A stretch of 64,000 nt of DNA from positions 42,475-106,474 of the forward strand of contig CAYIOJ010000001.1 of NCBI GenBank assembly GCA_964365025.1, in the 5' to 3' direction. The translations under genes and the position numbers were made by a program. A model generated the notes under the pieces. It was not told where the DNA came from, ran no database searches, and saw only the letters and a list, made by a program, of their open reading frames with translations. Below, piece after piece: positions 27,937 through 38,051 of this stretch; within the stretch, counting starts at the first letter, position 1, and each line of letters opens with the position of its first letter. This DNA is from an uncultured Gammaproteobacteria bacterium. GTDB taxonomy: Bacteria > Patescibacteriota > Patescibacteriia > Magasanikbacterales > UBA10003.

Positions 27937-29472
27937 TTATTTTAACAAAGCGCCGATCGATTTTAAAAATATTGAAGCGTCAATTGCCGATTTGTTGCCA
28001 ACTATCTGCACTTTAAAAGCGCCGGCCAAATTACCGATAAAACCAACTAAATCCATGGGGAACCCGGCGGCTACGCAAGGCGAAGTAACGGCTAGAAAAG
28101 CATCACCGGCGCCAATACGATCTACCACTTTATTTGATAGCACCGGCGCGTAAGAAAATCCTTCACGGGCGCAATAAGACATCGAACCGCGGTGACCCAA
28201 GGTAACAATCGCCTTTTCCGTTTGCGATTTGGCCACCACTTCTTTAATTAAATCTTCGACCGGCGAAAATTTTTGATGAGTCGCCAATCTAAGCTCCTGC
28301 ACATCAAGGCAGATATAATCGGCGCGCGGATATTTGGTAATTAAATTGAATCCATAATTAGCGCTGTTAGTTTGAGTGTTAACTGCCAAAAATTTGGCTT
28401 TTTGACATATTAAGTCAATTAAATCCTGATCAAGGAAACCGTGCGCATAATCCAATACTATCACTAAATCATATTCAGGAACAGCGTTGGACAAATAATT
28501 TTTAATCTGGTCGCGCACCGCCGGTGGCAAACTGCTATCGTCAAAATAATAAATTTCAAATAATTTATTCAAAAAGGCCGCATCCACAAATCGCCGCTTA
28601 ACAATACTGCATGTATCGTCGCGGTAAAAAAATTTAGTACCGATGTTTGGCTTCAAACTTCTGGCGATAAAATCGATTTTAGAATCCTTGCTGCCAAGAC
28701 AAGTAACCAAATGAACATCGTCGCAAAAACCGGCCAAATGATTAACTAGAGCCAAAGCGCCACCGGCGTAAGCCTCTTCATTGAGGTATTTCATCACCAC
28801 CAAATTCTCTTTGCCGGCTTTGCCCAAGGGCGAACAAAAATGATATTCATCAATCACCGCTTCGCCAACCACCAAAACTTTCATTTTTTTCAATTGCTGG
28901 AATCTTTGTTTAATTTCGTCAATGGAATACTTTTCTTTTATTTTCTGTAAAAAAACGCGCACCGGTTCCGGATATATATTAAAATGGCTGTTAAGCAAAT
29001 TGGAAGAACTGAAAGTAATTTCTTCGGTAAAATAAATTTCTCCGCCGACTGATTTTATTGCTTCATTTTCTTTGTATAAGCCCCTGGTCGGATCATTGAG
29101 ACCAACGCGATATTCGCGGTCTTTGACGTAAAAATTCGGTTTTAATTTCTTGATGGCCTCTACCGCGTTGGGCCACTGATTTATAGCGATGTAATCCACA
29201 CAGGCCAAAGAAGCAATGGTCTCGGCGCGCAAATCCGCGGTAAAAACCGGGCGTCCCGGTCCTTTATTCACATATTGATCCTGGGTGATAGTCACCACCA
29301 AAACATCAGCTGCTTTTTTAGCCGCTTCCAAATGCTTAATATGTCCCAAATGCATTAAATCAAAAACACCGTGGCAATGGGCAACGGTTTTGCCTTCGGC
29401 CTTTAAATTCTGGATAACTTCCGCCAGCTCATCCAAAGTTTTAATCTTGCTGTTGACCATAATGAGTAACAT
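27937..29472 (-). CDS. hldE: Bifunctional heptose-phosphate kinase / heptose-1-phosphate nucleotidyltransferase (HldE/RfaE-like) with inverted domain order (nucleotidyltransferase N-terminal, pfkB kinase C-terminal).
   Basis: N-terminal AHCHGVFDLMHLGHIKHL (HxGH cytidylyltransferase-like, as RfaE domain II). C-terminal pfkB signature DRIGAGDAF and ribokinase-like fold (as RfaE domain I). Confidence 0.6.
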   Translation of the reverse strand: MLLIMVNSKIKTLDELAEVIQNLKAEGKTVAHCHGVFDLMHLGHIKHLEAAKKAADVLVVTITQDQYVNKGPGRPVFTADLRAETIASLACVDYIAINQWPNAVEAIKKLKPNFYVKDREYRVGLNDPTRGLYKENEAIKSVGGEIYFTEEITFSSSNLLNSHFNIYPEPVRVFLQKIKEKYSIDEIKQRFQQLKKMKVLVVGEAVIDEYHFCSPLGKAGKENLVVMKYLNEEAYAGGALALVNHLAGFCDDVHLVTCLGSKDSKIDFIARSLKPNIGTKFFYRDDTCSIVKRRFVDAAFLNKLFEIYYFDDSSLPPAVRDQIKNYLSNAVPEYDLVIVLDYAHGFLDQDLIDLICQKAKFLAVNTQTNSANYGFNLITKYPRADYICLDVQELRLATHQKFSPVEDLIKEVVAKSQTEKAIVTLGHRGSMSYCAREGFSYAPVLSNKVVDRIGAGDAFLAVTSPCVAAGFPMDLVGFIGNLAGAFKVQIVGNKSAIDASIFLKSIGALLK

Positions 29473-29519
29473 CTACGAATAAACTGATATTAGCAAATTC
29501 ACCTCTGCCGGTCAAGAGG

Positions 29520-32072
29520 CTATTTGGAGTTAAAGAATAGTCTTATCAAAGATAAATAGCTTTGTTGCCACAAGCTGGGATAATAAAATTCAATCTCGTT
29601 TTTACCCGGAGGAACTAAAACCGCCTGATAAACATAATTAGCGGAATATAATGGCGCCGGTTGGCCATTTACCTTTGCCCGCCAAAACGGCTCTTTGGTC
29701 TCGCTAAAAACCAACCAACGATAATTCTTAGTATCTGTACCCAATTTTAGATAACCATTGGCATATTCTTTCATATCAATTTTATCTTTCTCGTAAAACT
29801 TGCTGACCGAACTTAGAGCCAAATCACTATAGCTGGAAGCCTCAATTAATGTCAACTTCTGAAAATCATCAATTTTTTTAAATTCTTCAAAAACCGCTTC
29901 GTCACCCTTGGCTTCGGTCAACTTTACTTCTTTGGCAAAATACCATCTTGGTTGAAAAAATGGATTTTCATAAACATATATGGGCACTCGATTGTCCAGC
30001 GTCCAACTGGTAAAAATTGGCTGGCCGCGTTGGGGTAATTCAAAAAGCGATGTGACATATTTAACATTTAACATGCCTAAAAATTTCCAACTGGAAGTGG
30101 TGGAAAATTCATTTAAGAATTCGGAAAAAGGCATGTCCTGAAGTTTAATATCCTTAAACTCCGGTTGGCGCCGCGCCAAAGTTCGGACTTTGGGCCAACG
30201 TCCCCAGACCAACGGCTCGCCATTAAAAACCGCGTCAAAATCATACATAATGGTACGATTATGCGAGACCAACTCTCTTCTAAACCAATGTTGATTTTGA
30301 AAATCCTGGAAATTAATATCCCGATATTTGTCTGCCAATTCGGCAAAATATTGGTCTGGCGTATAGACAAATAAACGATATGGCGTTAAATTTGATTGTC
30401 CCGAATACAGCGGCAATTTGGTGGAAGAATAATCATTTATAGAATGTAAAAATTTGGCGGTTTCCGGCAATTCGGTAAAATAACGCTTCTCCGGACCGGT
30501 CACCTTGCCGCTCCATGGCAAAACCAAACCAAGAATAATCATTATTAAAACTGCCGTTTGTAACTTCTGCTGGCGTGTTTTAAACCAGGGAAAACAACCG
30601 AGGGTTAATACCACCGCCGACACAATCCACAAAATCAACATCAATAATACTTTGTCGTTTTTAAAAGAAAGCTCATCAACAAGCGAGCCAGCCATTTGAG
30701 AAACAATAAACTTATAATAATCCGGCGACCGTGGCAAAGAATGAGTGGCGGCCGCGCTATAACGCCCGCTACCGTATTGAATCAACCGTGTCTTTACTTC
30801 TATGTTATAGACAGTCAAAAAGACAGTCACTCCCAAAAACAAAGCCAAAAAGAACCACATTGGAACAAGAAAAAAAATACTTCGCCGACTTTGCCAAAAT
30901 TTCTTTAAAGCGTCAACACCAAACCCAGCCAACAAGGCCAAAGCAAAAACAGTTATAAACGACCATTTAAATTGCCACCGAAATTTTTCCATCAGCGGCA
31001 GTTTATGAACCAGCCAATAAACCGGCGAATTTGTAATGCTCACCAAAAGTGTAAACAAACCCAAACCGCCAAAGAATTTCGCGTAAGGACTTTTTAAGCC
31101 ACCAAAAAATATAGCAACCAATATCAAAAGCAAAGACATGACGCCGACAAACAAATCATAACTAACGCCCATTTGTATTGGTAAAAGCTGGCCATAAAAA
31201 ACCTCAATATGCGGATTGAACATTTGGATCAAATGAGCCAGGCCTGTCCCATAATTATTGTCGCCCACATCTAACGAGCCGGTTCGTGTAGACAAACTGA
31301 TAAAATAAAAAACCGGCAACAGCCAAGGCAATAAGACTAAAAAAGCGGAAAAAAAAGCTAAACCAACGGTAAAAATTTTTAAAGCAACTTCTTTCCATTT
31401 GAGCCGATGCGCAAAACAAAGGAAAATAAAAAAGAAACTTAAACAAAATAAAAAATAGATTGGTAACTCCGGCGAGCCGCCAATAAAGGAATACGCTGTC
31501 AATAAAAATAAAATGAAATACCATTTTTTTTGACCATTAAAAATCTTTAAAAGAGATAAAAAAAGCAACGGTATAACCGGGTAAAGTGTGGCCCAAACGG
31601 TTAATTCCGTGTATTTTACGACAATCCCGCTAAAACAGAAAGTCAGAGCGGAAACCAAAGAAGCTGAGCGAGACATCTGTAAGTTTCTTGCTAACCAATA
31701 AATTGAGGCCCCGCCCAAAAACAACAAAATAATATTCAGCCAGTGAAAAGCTAAAAAAACCGGCAAATATTTAAAAACCAACAAAAAAATAGGATTTAAA
31801 AAACCATTCCCGGTTAAAGTGCTGGGATAGCCGGAATCAAATTGCGCCCACCAATTGGGCAATATGCCCAAATTAGCAATAAAATATTTTATACCGTAAG
31901 AAAAAAATAATTGAATATGCCCAACTCCGTCGCCTCGAAAAGATACTTGACCAATCAAAATCGGCCAGTACACAAAGGCGAGGCTAATCAACAACAAAAT
32001 CAAAGCTAAAACAGTTCTAAACCATTCCAACCTAAACGCTTTTCCTAAAAATTTGGTGACAAAAGGCAACAT
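29520..32072 (-). CDS. Very large polytopic membrane protein (850 aa), YfhO-like / GT-C-type putative glycosyltransferase.
   Basis: About 13 N-terminal TM helices, an internal TM cluster and a ~350-aa C-terminal extracytoplasmic domain. Architecture and size are typical of the YfhO family. Confidence 0.35.
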   Translation of the reverse strand: MLPFVTKFLGKAFRLEWFRTVLALILLLISLAFVYWPILIGQVSFRGDGVGHIQLFFSYGIKYFIANLGILPNWWAQFDSGYPSTLTGNGFLNPIFLLVFKYLPVFLAFHWLNIILLFLGGASIYWLARNLQMSRSASLVSALTFCFSGIVVKYTELTVWATLYPVIPLLFLSLLKIFNGQKKWYFILFLLTAYSFIGGSPELPIYFLFCLSFFFIFLCFAHRLKWKEVALKIFTVGLAFFSAFLVLLPWLLPVFYFISLSTRTGSLDVGDNNYGTGLAHLIQMFNPHIEVFYGQLLPIQMGVSYDLFVGVMSLLLILVAIFFGGLKSPYAKFFGGLGLFTLLVSITNSPVYWLVHKLPLMEKFRWQFKWSFITVFALALLAGFGVDALKKFWQSRRSIFFLVPMWFFLALFLGVTVFLTVYNIEVKTRLIQYGSGRYSAAATHSLPRSPDYYKFIVSQMAGSLVDELSFKNDKVLLMLILWIVSAVVLTLGCFPWFKTRQQKLQTAVLIMIILGLVLPWSGKVTGPEKRYFTELPETAKFLHSINDYSSTKLPLYSGQSNLTPYRLFVYTPDQYFAELADKYRDINFQDFQNQHWFRRELVSHNRTIMYDFDAVFNGEPLVWGRWPKVRTLARRQPEFKDIKLQDMPFSEFLNEFSTTSSWKFLGMLNVKYVTSLFELPQRGQPIFTSWTLDNRVPIYVYENPFFQPRWYFAKEVKLTEAKGDEAVFEEFKKIDDFQKLTLIEASSYSDLALSSVSKFYEKDKIDMKEYANGYLKLGTDTKNYRWLVFSETKEPFWRAKVNGQPAPLYSANYVYQAVLVPPGKNEIEFYYPSLWQQSYLSLIRLFFNSK

Positions 32073-32084
32073 AACAATGTTTAA

Positions 32085-33068
32085 TTAAGATAAATTTTTA
32101 AACCACTCATTAGTGGCCTCGGCAATCGTCGCCGGCGTCCAAACCGGCGCCTGTTGCCAATAATCAATATCATCCAACAAAATCTTGATTCCCTCCTCCA
32201 AACTTACCTGTGGCTTCCAGCCAAGCATTTTTATAATTTTGTTGATATCGGCGTGCGTGCAATCCGGTTCACCTGGACGTTTGGGAATATGAACGACTTC
32301 ACCGACTAGCAAATTAACAATTTCGTTAATGCTGCGAGGATGGCCGGTGCCAACATTAAATGCTTCACCGGTTATATCTGATTCCGCGGCCTTAATAAAG
32401 GCCTTGGCCACATCGGTGACAAAGGTAAAATCGCGGGCCTGACTGCCGTCGCCCACCACTGTAAAAGGATGCCCGTGTATTTTTTGTGCCAAAAAAACAC
32501 CAAAGACAGCGCCGTAAGTGCCGGAAGTTCGTGAACGCGGTCCGTAAACATTAAAAAGACGCATGGCCACTAATGGCATTTTATAAACCTTTGACCAGTG
32601 TAACGCACTCTGCTCGCCCAGCCATTTAGTCAAAGCGTAAGGATATTGCGGCCGAATTTCTGCCGTTTCCGCTGTCGGATAATAATCCGGAATGCCATAA
32701 CAAGAAGACGAAGCGGTGTAAATGAAACGTTTGACATTAGCCAAACGAGAGGCCTCCAAAACCATGGCTGTGCCATTGACATTGGAATCAAAATATTTTA
32801 TAGGCTCAGTAATTGATGGAACAATATCAGCCAAAGCGGCCAAGTGAAATACCCAATCAATGCCTTCAAAATACTGCTTAATTTTTTCTAAATTAGTTAT
32901 ATCAATTTGAACCAATCTTAAATCGTTATTGCCTCTAAGATGGGTCAAATTTTCCTGGCGGCCTGTAGAAAAATTATCCAAAACTATTACTGAATGGCCG
33001 TCAGCTAGGAGTTGGGTAACTAGATGGCTGCCAATAAAACCGGCACCACCTGTAACCAAAGTTCTCAT
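32085..33068 (-). CDS. NAD-dependent nucleotide-sugar epimerase/dehydratase (GalE/WbpP/HldD-like).
   Basis: [36 protein letters not shown]; 327 aa. Confidence 0.55.
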   Translation of the reverse strand: MRTLVTGGAGFIGSHLVTQLLADGHSVIVLDNFSTGRQENLTHLRGNNDLRLVQIDITNLEKIKQYFEGIDWVFHLAALADIVPSITEPIKYFDSNVNGTAMVLEASRLANVKRFIYTASSSCYGIPDYYPTAETAEIRPQYPYALTKWLGEQSALHWSKVYKMPLVAMRLFNVYGPRSRTSGTYGAVFGVFLAQKIHGHPFTVVGDGSQARDFTFVTDVAKAFIKAAESDITGEAFNVGTGHPRSINEIVNLLVGEVVHIPKRPGEPDCTHADINKIIKMLGWKPQVSLEEGIKILLDDIDYWQQAPVWTPATIAEATNEWFKNLS

Positions 33069-34168
33069 ATAATAAAATCTTTAATTTTTTTAACTCGGCT
33101 ATTCCAACTGTAATCAGCAGAAGCCGTCTGACTGTTTTTTGCTATTTTATCAGCTAACTCTTTATTTTTCAATACCACCTCAATGCCACGGGCTAAATCA
33201 GCCGGATCGTCCGGCCGAACCAAGACGGCATTTTGCTCATTTAAAATTTCTCTAATTGACGGTAAATCCGAGGCGACAATGGGAACGCCGGAGGCCATAT
33301 ATTCAAATAATTTCATCGGCGAAGTGTAATGACTGGAAATTTTTTCCGCGGCGCTGTTGGGCAAAACTAGAACATCAGCGGCTTTAAGCCAATAAGGAAT
33401 TTCGGCGTGAGGACGATGGCCGATGATCTGGATATTAGATATTGAATATTGGGTATCGGCTCTAAACGACTTTAAATCTTCTTTTGTTCCGCCGACAAAC
33501 ACAAATGAAATATCTTGAAAATTACGCGCTGCTTGAAGCAAGATGCGCACTCCTTTCCATTTATAAAGATGTCCGGTATAAAGAACAATATTTTTATTAA
33601 GCGGCAAACTAAACTTTTTGCGACAATATTCTTTGGTTTCTTTGATATCAAATTTTTTTACATCTACACCATCAGCCGCCACAGATATCCGATTTTCCAA
33701 CAAATTTGCCTCTTTGACTAATCTGGCTTTTAAAAATGAAGTTAGAACAATAATTTTTTGTGCTTTTCGATATATAAAACCATACAATCGGTCCGGTAAA
33801 GAATGAACCTCGACAATGGCCTTGCTAAAAAACAAAAACGCGGCAATTTCGCGAGTATATAAAATATCATAATGCCTGAACCAAAGATAAAATTTGGCCG
33901 CTAATAAAAATGTTATTGATTCAATCCAAAAACCAAAAATACCAAATTTTAAAAAAATCAAATCTAAGCATGGTAATCTTTTAATTTTAAATACTGGCGC
34001 AATGCCATAATATCCAAACGGATCGTCTTTAATATAATTCAACCGCCGCGGCACCACCAGTTCAACTTCTAGTCCGCTTTTACTAAAGGCCTGACACATT
34101 TCCATTATCTGTAAACCATGGGCCTTTTCGGTGGGCAGACGAACATTGGCAATATAAACCATTTTCAT
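33065..34168 (-). CDS. GT4 family (GT-B, retaining) glycosyltransferase.
   Basis: C-terminal EX7E-like motif SPMKLFEYMASGVPIVASD. Confidence 0.6.
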   Translation of the reverse strand: MKMVYIANVRLPTEKAHGLQIMEMCQAFSKSGLEVELVVPRRLNYIKDDPFGYYGIAPVFKIKRLPCLDLIFLKFGIFGFWIESITFLLAAKFYLWFRHYDILYTREIAAFLFFSKAIVEVHSLPDRLYGFIYRKAQKIIVLTSFLKARLVKEANLLENRISVAADGVDVKKFDIKETKEYCRKKFSLPLNKNIVLYTGHLYKWKGVRILLQAARNFQDISFVFVGGTKEDLKSFRADTQYSISNIQIIGHRPHAEIPYWLKAADVLVLPNSAAEKISSHYTSPMKLFEYMASGVPIVASDLPSIREILNEQNAVLVRPDDPADLARGIEVVLKNKELADKIAKNSQTASADYSWNSRVKKIKDFII

Positions 34169-34830
34169 AATTTAGTCGCGACAAAAAATAAACCAAGAGC
34201 AAATTTTTCTTTTAACAAAGTAGGACGGACTCTAAATAAAAAATTGTCTAAAAAATATGCCAGTGGACACAAAAACATTTTTATGACACGGGGCAACGCC
34301 AACTCTAGCTGTGAAAAGGCCGAAATAAAAGGACCTTTTCCCAAAATTCTGATTTGTGGACAATTTAATCCATTTTCTATAAAAATTTTCTTAAGTGCCT
34401 CACTAGTATATCTGAAATAATCGTGTGGATCCGGATGATAACCCACCAAAAAAGGAACAGCGCCAAAAATTTTGCCATCCTTTTTAAGCGTCCGAACAAC
34501 CTCTTGAAGCAAATGATTATAATTGTAAATATGTTCGAGCAAATTAAACATCAACGCTTGATCAATACTCTGTGATTCATAAGGCAACGAATCTTTTTCA
34601 AAATCAAACGCAACGCTACTATTGGCGTGAGAAACGGAACATAAATCTAAAAAATCAATTTTAACCGAATCGGTCTTATTAAAAAATCGGTGATAACTTG
34701 CCTTATTGCTCCCACTGCCTAAATCTAAAACACGGCCATGGAGTTGAAGTTTTCCGCAAGCCTCATTCATCATTGTTCTATAAACATCTTTTCCACACCA
34801 CGCTTCTCGCCAATAAATAAAAAAATTCAT
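34165..34830 (-). CDS. Class I SAM-dependent methyltransferase.
   Basis: VLDLGSGSNKASY motif I; 221 aa Methyltransf_11-like. Confidence 0.5.
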   Translation of the reverse strand: MNFFIYWREAWCGKDVYRTMMNEACGKLQLHGRVLDLGSGSNKASYHRFFNKTDSVKIDFLDLCSVSHANSSVAFDFEKDSLPYESQSIDQALMFNLLEHIYNYNHLLQEVVRTLKKDGKIFGAVPFLVGYHPDPHDYFRYTSEALKKIFIENGLNCPQIRILGKGPFISAFSQLELALPRVIKMFLCPLAYFLDNFLFRVRPTLLKEKFALGLFFVATKL

Positions 34831-34834
34831 AAAA

Positions 34835-36694
34835 TTACTTAATAAATTTTTTATACCACAATCGCCACATCACCACTGCCCAAATTATATTCAAATTATA
34901 TTCGCTTCCATCCAGATGGCGATCCCATATTTGTTTTAATCCAATCGAATTTAAGAATAGGTCTCTTTGGTCAATAGAAAATAAAATTTCCTCAACAGGT
35001 TTTCTTAAGCCCCCGCGCAACCATTTAGCCATGGGTGTAAACCAACCACGTTTTTTCTGATTAAGCACATGGGGTGGCAAATATGGCCTTATCGCTTCAC
35101 GCCAAATGGCTTTACCTTGAAAGTCGCCGGGTTTATTCTTTAAAATATTTATTTTCCAACTGGTAGGGATTTTGGTGGACAATTCAACCAAACGATAATC
35201 CAAAATTGGTACCCGTTCCTCAAGTCCGTAAGCCATAGTCATCTTGTCCGTTCGCAAAAGAGATTCATCTACCAGCCAACTCTGGCGGTCAAGATTCATA
35301 AATTGTTTTTCAAAATCATCCGTCGGTCGCATCCCGTTAAAATATCTTTCATTAATATGCTGTAAAGCTAAATCCGGCTTGTAAACACCTTCATTTAAAA
35401 CTCGCTTTAAAAGACCATTTTTCTGGGCGAGAAAAGCCACCACTCTTTCCGCGCCTGGAGACAAATTTAATTTTTCTATCAATCCACCCTTACTCGCCGC
35501 TCCCAGTCCACACTTAACCAGATATTGCAACGCGGCCGGCATCTTCTGAAAAATAGAGGTAATATAACTATAATAATACCGCGGATAACCGCCGAACAAC
35601 TCATCTCCCCCATCGCCGCCCAAAACCACCGCCACCTTTTCTTTAGCCACTTTAGAAAGCAAAAAAATCGCCGCCGCGGTGGGGTTAAAATTGGGTTCAT
35701 CAAGATGCCAGACAATTTTTTCTAAATTATTTTTTATGTCATCCGTACCAATTGACAACTCGTGATGCTCGGTAGAATAAAATTCAGCCGTTTCCCTAGC
35801 CAGCAGAAAATCGGCATTAAATTTTTCCGGGTCTTGGCTGTCTTTAAATCCGACTGAAAAGGTCTTCACCTTGCCCTGATGGAACTCACTTACTGCCCCC
35901 AAGACAGCCGTGGAATCAAGCCCACCACTCAAATAAACTCCCACCGGCCGATCAGAAACTAGTTGCCGTTGCACGCTGTTTCTAAATAAATCTTTGATCT
36001 GAAATTTAGTGTCATCAAACGAAGTCAAATTGGAAAAATCACTCACTTCCCAATACTTTTTAATATCTAATTCGTTATTTTTACGTAAAACAGCGTAGCT
36101 GGCGGCCGGAATTTTTTTAATTGCAACAAACGGTGTGCGTGGCTCGGGAATATAAAGCAACTGAAAATATAAATTAAAAGAGTCCTCGTCCACTTCTCGC
36201 GAAACATTATGAGCTAAAATTCCTTTTATTTCCGAAGAAAAAATGAAACGACTACCATCATAATAATAATATAACGGCTTAATACCCATCCGATCTCTGG
36301 CTAAAAACAACTCTTGGTTGCGCGTGTCCCAAATGGCAAACGCAAAAATACCATTAAACTTTTTGACACACTCTTTACCATGCTCTAAATATGAATAAAG
36401 CATAACTTCCGTATCGCTCTCTGATTGAAATTTATATTTTTTTTCTAATTCTTTTTTTAACTCCTTAAAATTATAAATTTCTCCGTTAAAAACTATGGCA
36501 ACTTGCCTCTTGATGTCCCACATTGGCTGGCTGGCTCTAGGCGACAAATCGATGATTGAAAGACGATTGTGACCCAAAGAAATATTTTCACCCAACCAAA
36601 AATCAGTCTCATCCGGACCACGATGTCGCGTCAGCTGGTTCATCTTTACAATCAATTCCTGGTTTTTAAAATTAAATCCATTAATACCGCACAT
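34835..36694 (-). CDS. asnB: Asparagine synthase (glutamine-hydrolysing)-family amidotransferase; in this context a likely sugar/uronic-acid amidotransferase.
   Basis: N-terminal MCGINGF (Ntn Cys2), SGGLDS PP-loop (YLSGGLDST); 619 aa. Confidence 0.65.
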   Translation of the reverse strand: MCGINGFNFKNQELIVKMNQLTRHRGPDETDFWLGENISLGHNRLSIIDLSPRASQPMWDIKRQVAIVFNGEIYNFKELKKELEKKYKFQSESDTEVMLYSYLEHGKECVKKFNGIFAFAIWDTRNQELFLARDRMGIKPLYYYYDGSRFIFSSEIKGILAHNVSREVDEDSFNLYFQLLYIPEPRTPFVAIKKIPAASYAVLRKNNELDIKKYWEVSDFSNLTSFDDTKFQIKDLFRNSVQRQLVSDRPVGVYLSGGLDSTAVLGAVSEFHQGKVKTFSVGFKDSQDPEKFNADFLLARETAEFYSTEHHELSIGTDDIKNNLEKIVWHLDEPNFNPTAAAIFLLSKVAKEKVAVVLGGDGGDELFGGYPRYYYSYITSIFQKMPAALQYLVKCGLGAASKGGLIEKLNLSPGAERVVAFLAQKNGLLKRVLNEGVYKPDLALQHINERYFNGMRPTDDFEKQFMNLDRQSWLVDESLLRTDKMTMAYGLEERVPILDYRLVELSTKIPTSWKINILKNKPGDFQGKAIWREAIRPYLPPHVLNQKKRGWFTPMAKWLRGGLRKPVEEILFSIDQRDLFLNSIGLKQIWDRHLDGSEYNLNIIWAVVMWRLWYKKFIK

Positions 36695-36696
36695 AA

Positions 36697-38043
36697 TTAC
36701 AAAAACAAACTTAATCGCTCTTTAATCAACGGTAAAAAATAAGCCGCATCAAACAATGAAACAACCAGTAAAACAATGGCCACTATCTGTAAATATTTTT
36801 TAACCGTTTTCCTATCATCCAAAAGTCTACTTAAAAAATATCCGCCAAAAATAGCCAAAAAAGGATATATTTGAAAACGATAGCGTGATTGTACAACGGT
36901 CAAAAGCAGAGGGAGTGGCGCCAGCAAGGCAAAAACAATAAAATAATTGAACAAGACTTTTCGCTCTCGCGAAAGAGCAAATAACCCGCTATACCCGCTT
37001 ATAAAAAATACCGCACCCCAACCGAGCGAAGAGAGGACAAACACTAATTGCTTGATTCCGCTCTGATAAAACCAAAAACCCATTGGTCTAATCAAACTAA
37101 AAAATCTTATAATTCTCAAAAAAAATAGTTTAATGAAAACCAAAGGATAATTAAGCGCAAAAAATAAAAATTCTTGCGTCGCTCTTTCCTTAATTCCATT
37201 GAAACCTTGAAGCCTGACATATTCATCAAAAGGATTGAAACCGCCTGCAATCTGTCCGCCCCGGGCAACCAAAGTATTACCAATCCATAAATTAAAAGAG
37301 CCGGTTAAGGTCGTTAGAATAAATTGATGATAAACTAAATAGTTACGGATAGACCATGGAGTGAGAATGGCGATAAACGCGAACAAAAAGACGCTACCGT
37401 TTCGTATTTCTTTTTTAAAGACATAAAAAAATAAAATCGGCAGTAAAAACAAAATAACAGTCGGACGAGTCAAAACAGCCAAACCAGCAATCGCCCCTAA
37501 GAGCGCGCTTTGGTTAACCGATCTATTTTTAGAATTATAAATTCTAACAAAAACAAAAATAACAAGAGTAATAAAAAATAAATACAATGTTTCAGTCATA
37601 AGCATGGCGGAAATTTCAATCAAATCCGGGTGCAAACCAAAAAGCATGGCCGCCAAAAGTCCCGCTTTCTCATTTTCAAAAATTTTCCGCGCGATCAAAA
37701 ACAACAGCCAGGCAGTTAAAGCGTGCAATAAGGCCTGAATTACCCACACTGCTTCGTGGTGGTAACCAAAAATCTTATAAATGCCGGCTAAAAAAAATTC
37801 ATACGCCGGGCCAGCCCGCACAATGGCTGTGTCAGATTCATAACTGTTATTCCTATTTTCCCGATAACCAAATCCATCGGCTAAATTTATCGCGATCTGA
37901 TCGTAAGCCCTCGTATCAACTACTGGCCTAATGCGGTGGATAAAAGAATAAATTAGTGGAATCAAAAACGACAGAAGTATTGTCGCCACCAACACCCAAC
38001 GCAATGAAAAAATGTTTTTATTTCTTAAATTACACCAATCCAC
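36697..38043 (-). CDS. GT-C fold membrane glycosyltransferase (ArnT/PMT, GT39/GT83-like).
   Basis: 448 aa, about 11 TM, hydrophilic loop after TM1 with acidic residues; immediately downstream of a DPM1-like GT2. Confidence 0.4.
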   Translation of the reverse strand: MDWCNLRNKNIFSLRWVLVATILLSFLIPLIYSFIHRIRPVVDTRAYDQIAINLADGFGYRENRNNSYESDTAIVRAGPAYEFFLAGIYKIFGYHHEAVWVIQALLHALTAWLLFLIARKIFENEKAGLLAAMLFGLHPDLIEISAMLMTETLYLFFITLVIFVFVRIYNSKNRSVNQSALLGAIAGLAVLTRPTVILFLLPILFFYVFKKEIRNGSVFLFAFIAILTPWSIRNYLVYHQFILTTLTGSFNLWIGNTLVARGGQIAGGFNPFDEYVRLQGFNGIKERATQEFLFFALNYPLVFIKLFFLRIIRFFSLIRPMGFWFYQSGIKQLVFVLSSLGWGAVFFISGYSGLFALSRERKVLFNYFIVFALLAPLPLLLTVVQSRYRFQIYPFLAIFGGYFLSRLLDDRKTVKKYLQIVAIVLLVVSLFDAAYFLPLIKERLSLFL

Positions 38044-38051
38044 ACTCTAAA

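Noticed and set aside
29473-29519. Short stem cctct/agagg downstream of the YfhO-like gene.
   Set aside because: It is a 5-bp stem with no flanking U-run on the transcribed strand, so it is probably not a terminator.
31255-31524. 89-aa ORF in another frame on the same strand inside the YfhO-like gene, and small plus-strand ORFs 30165..30958.
   Set aside because: They are embedded in a continuous 850-aa membrane-protein frame. The F/L-rich translation comes from AT-rich sequence.
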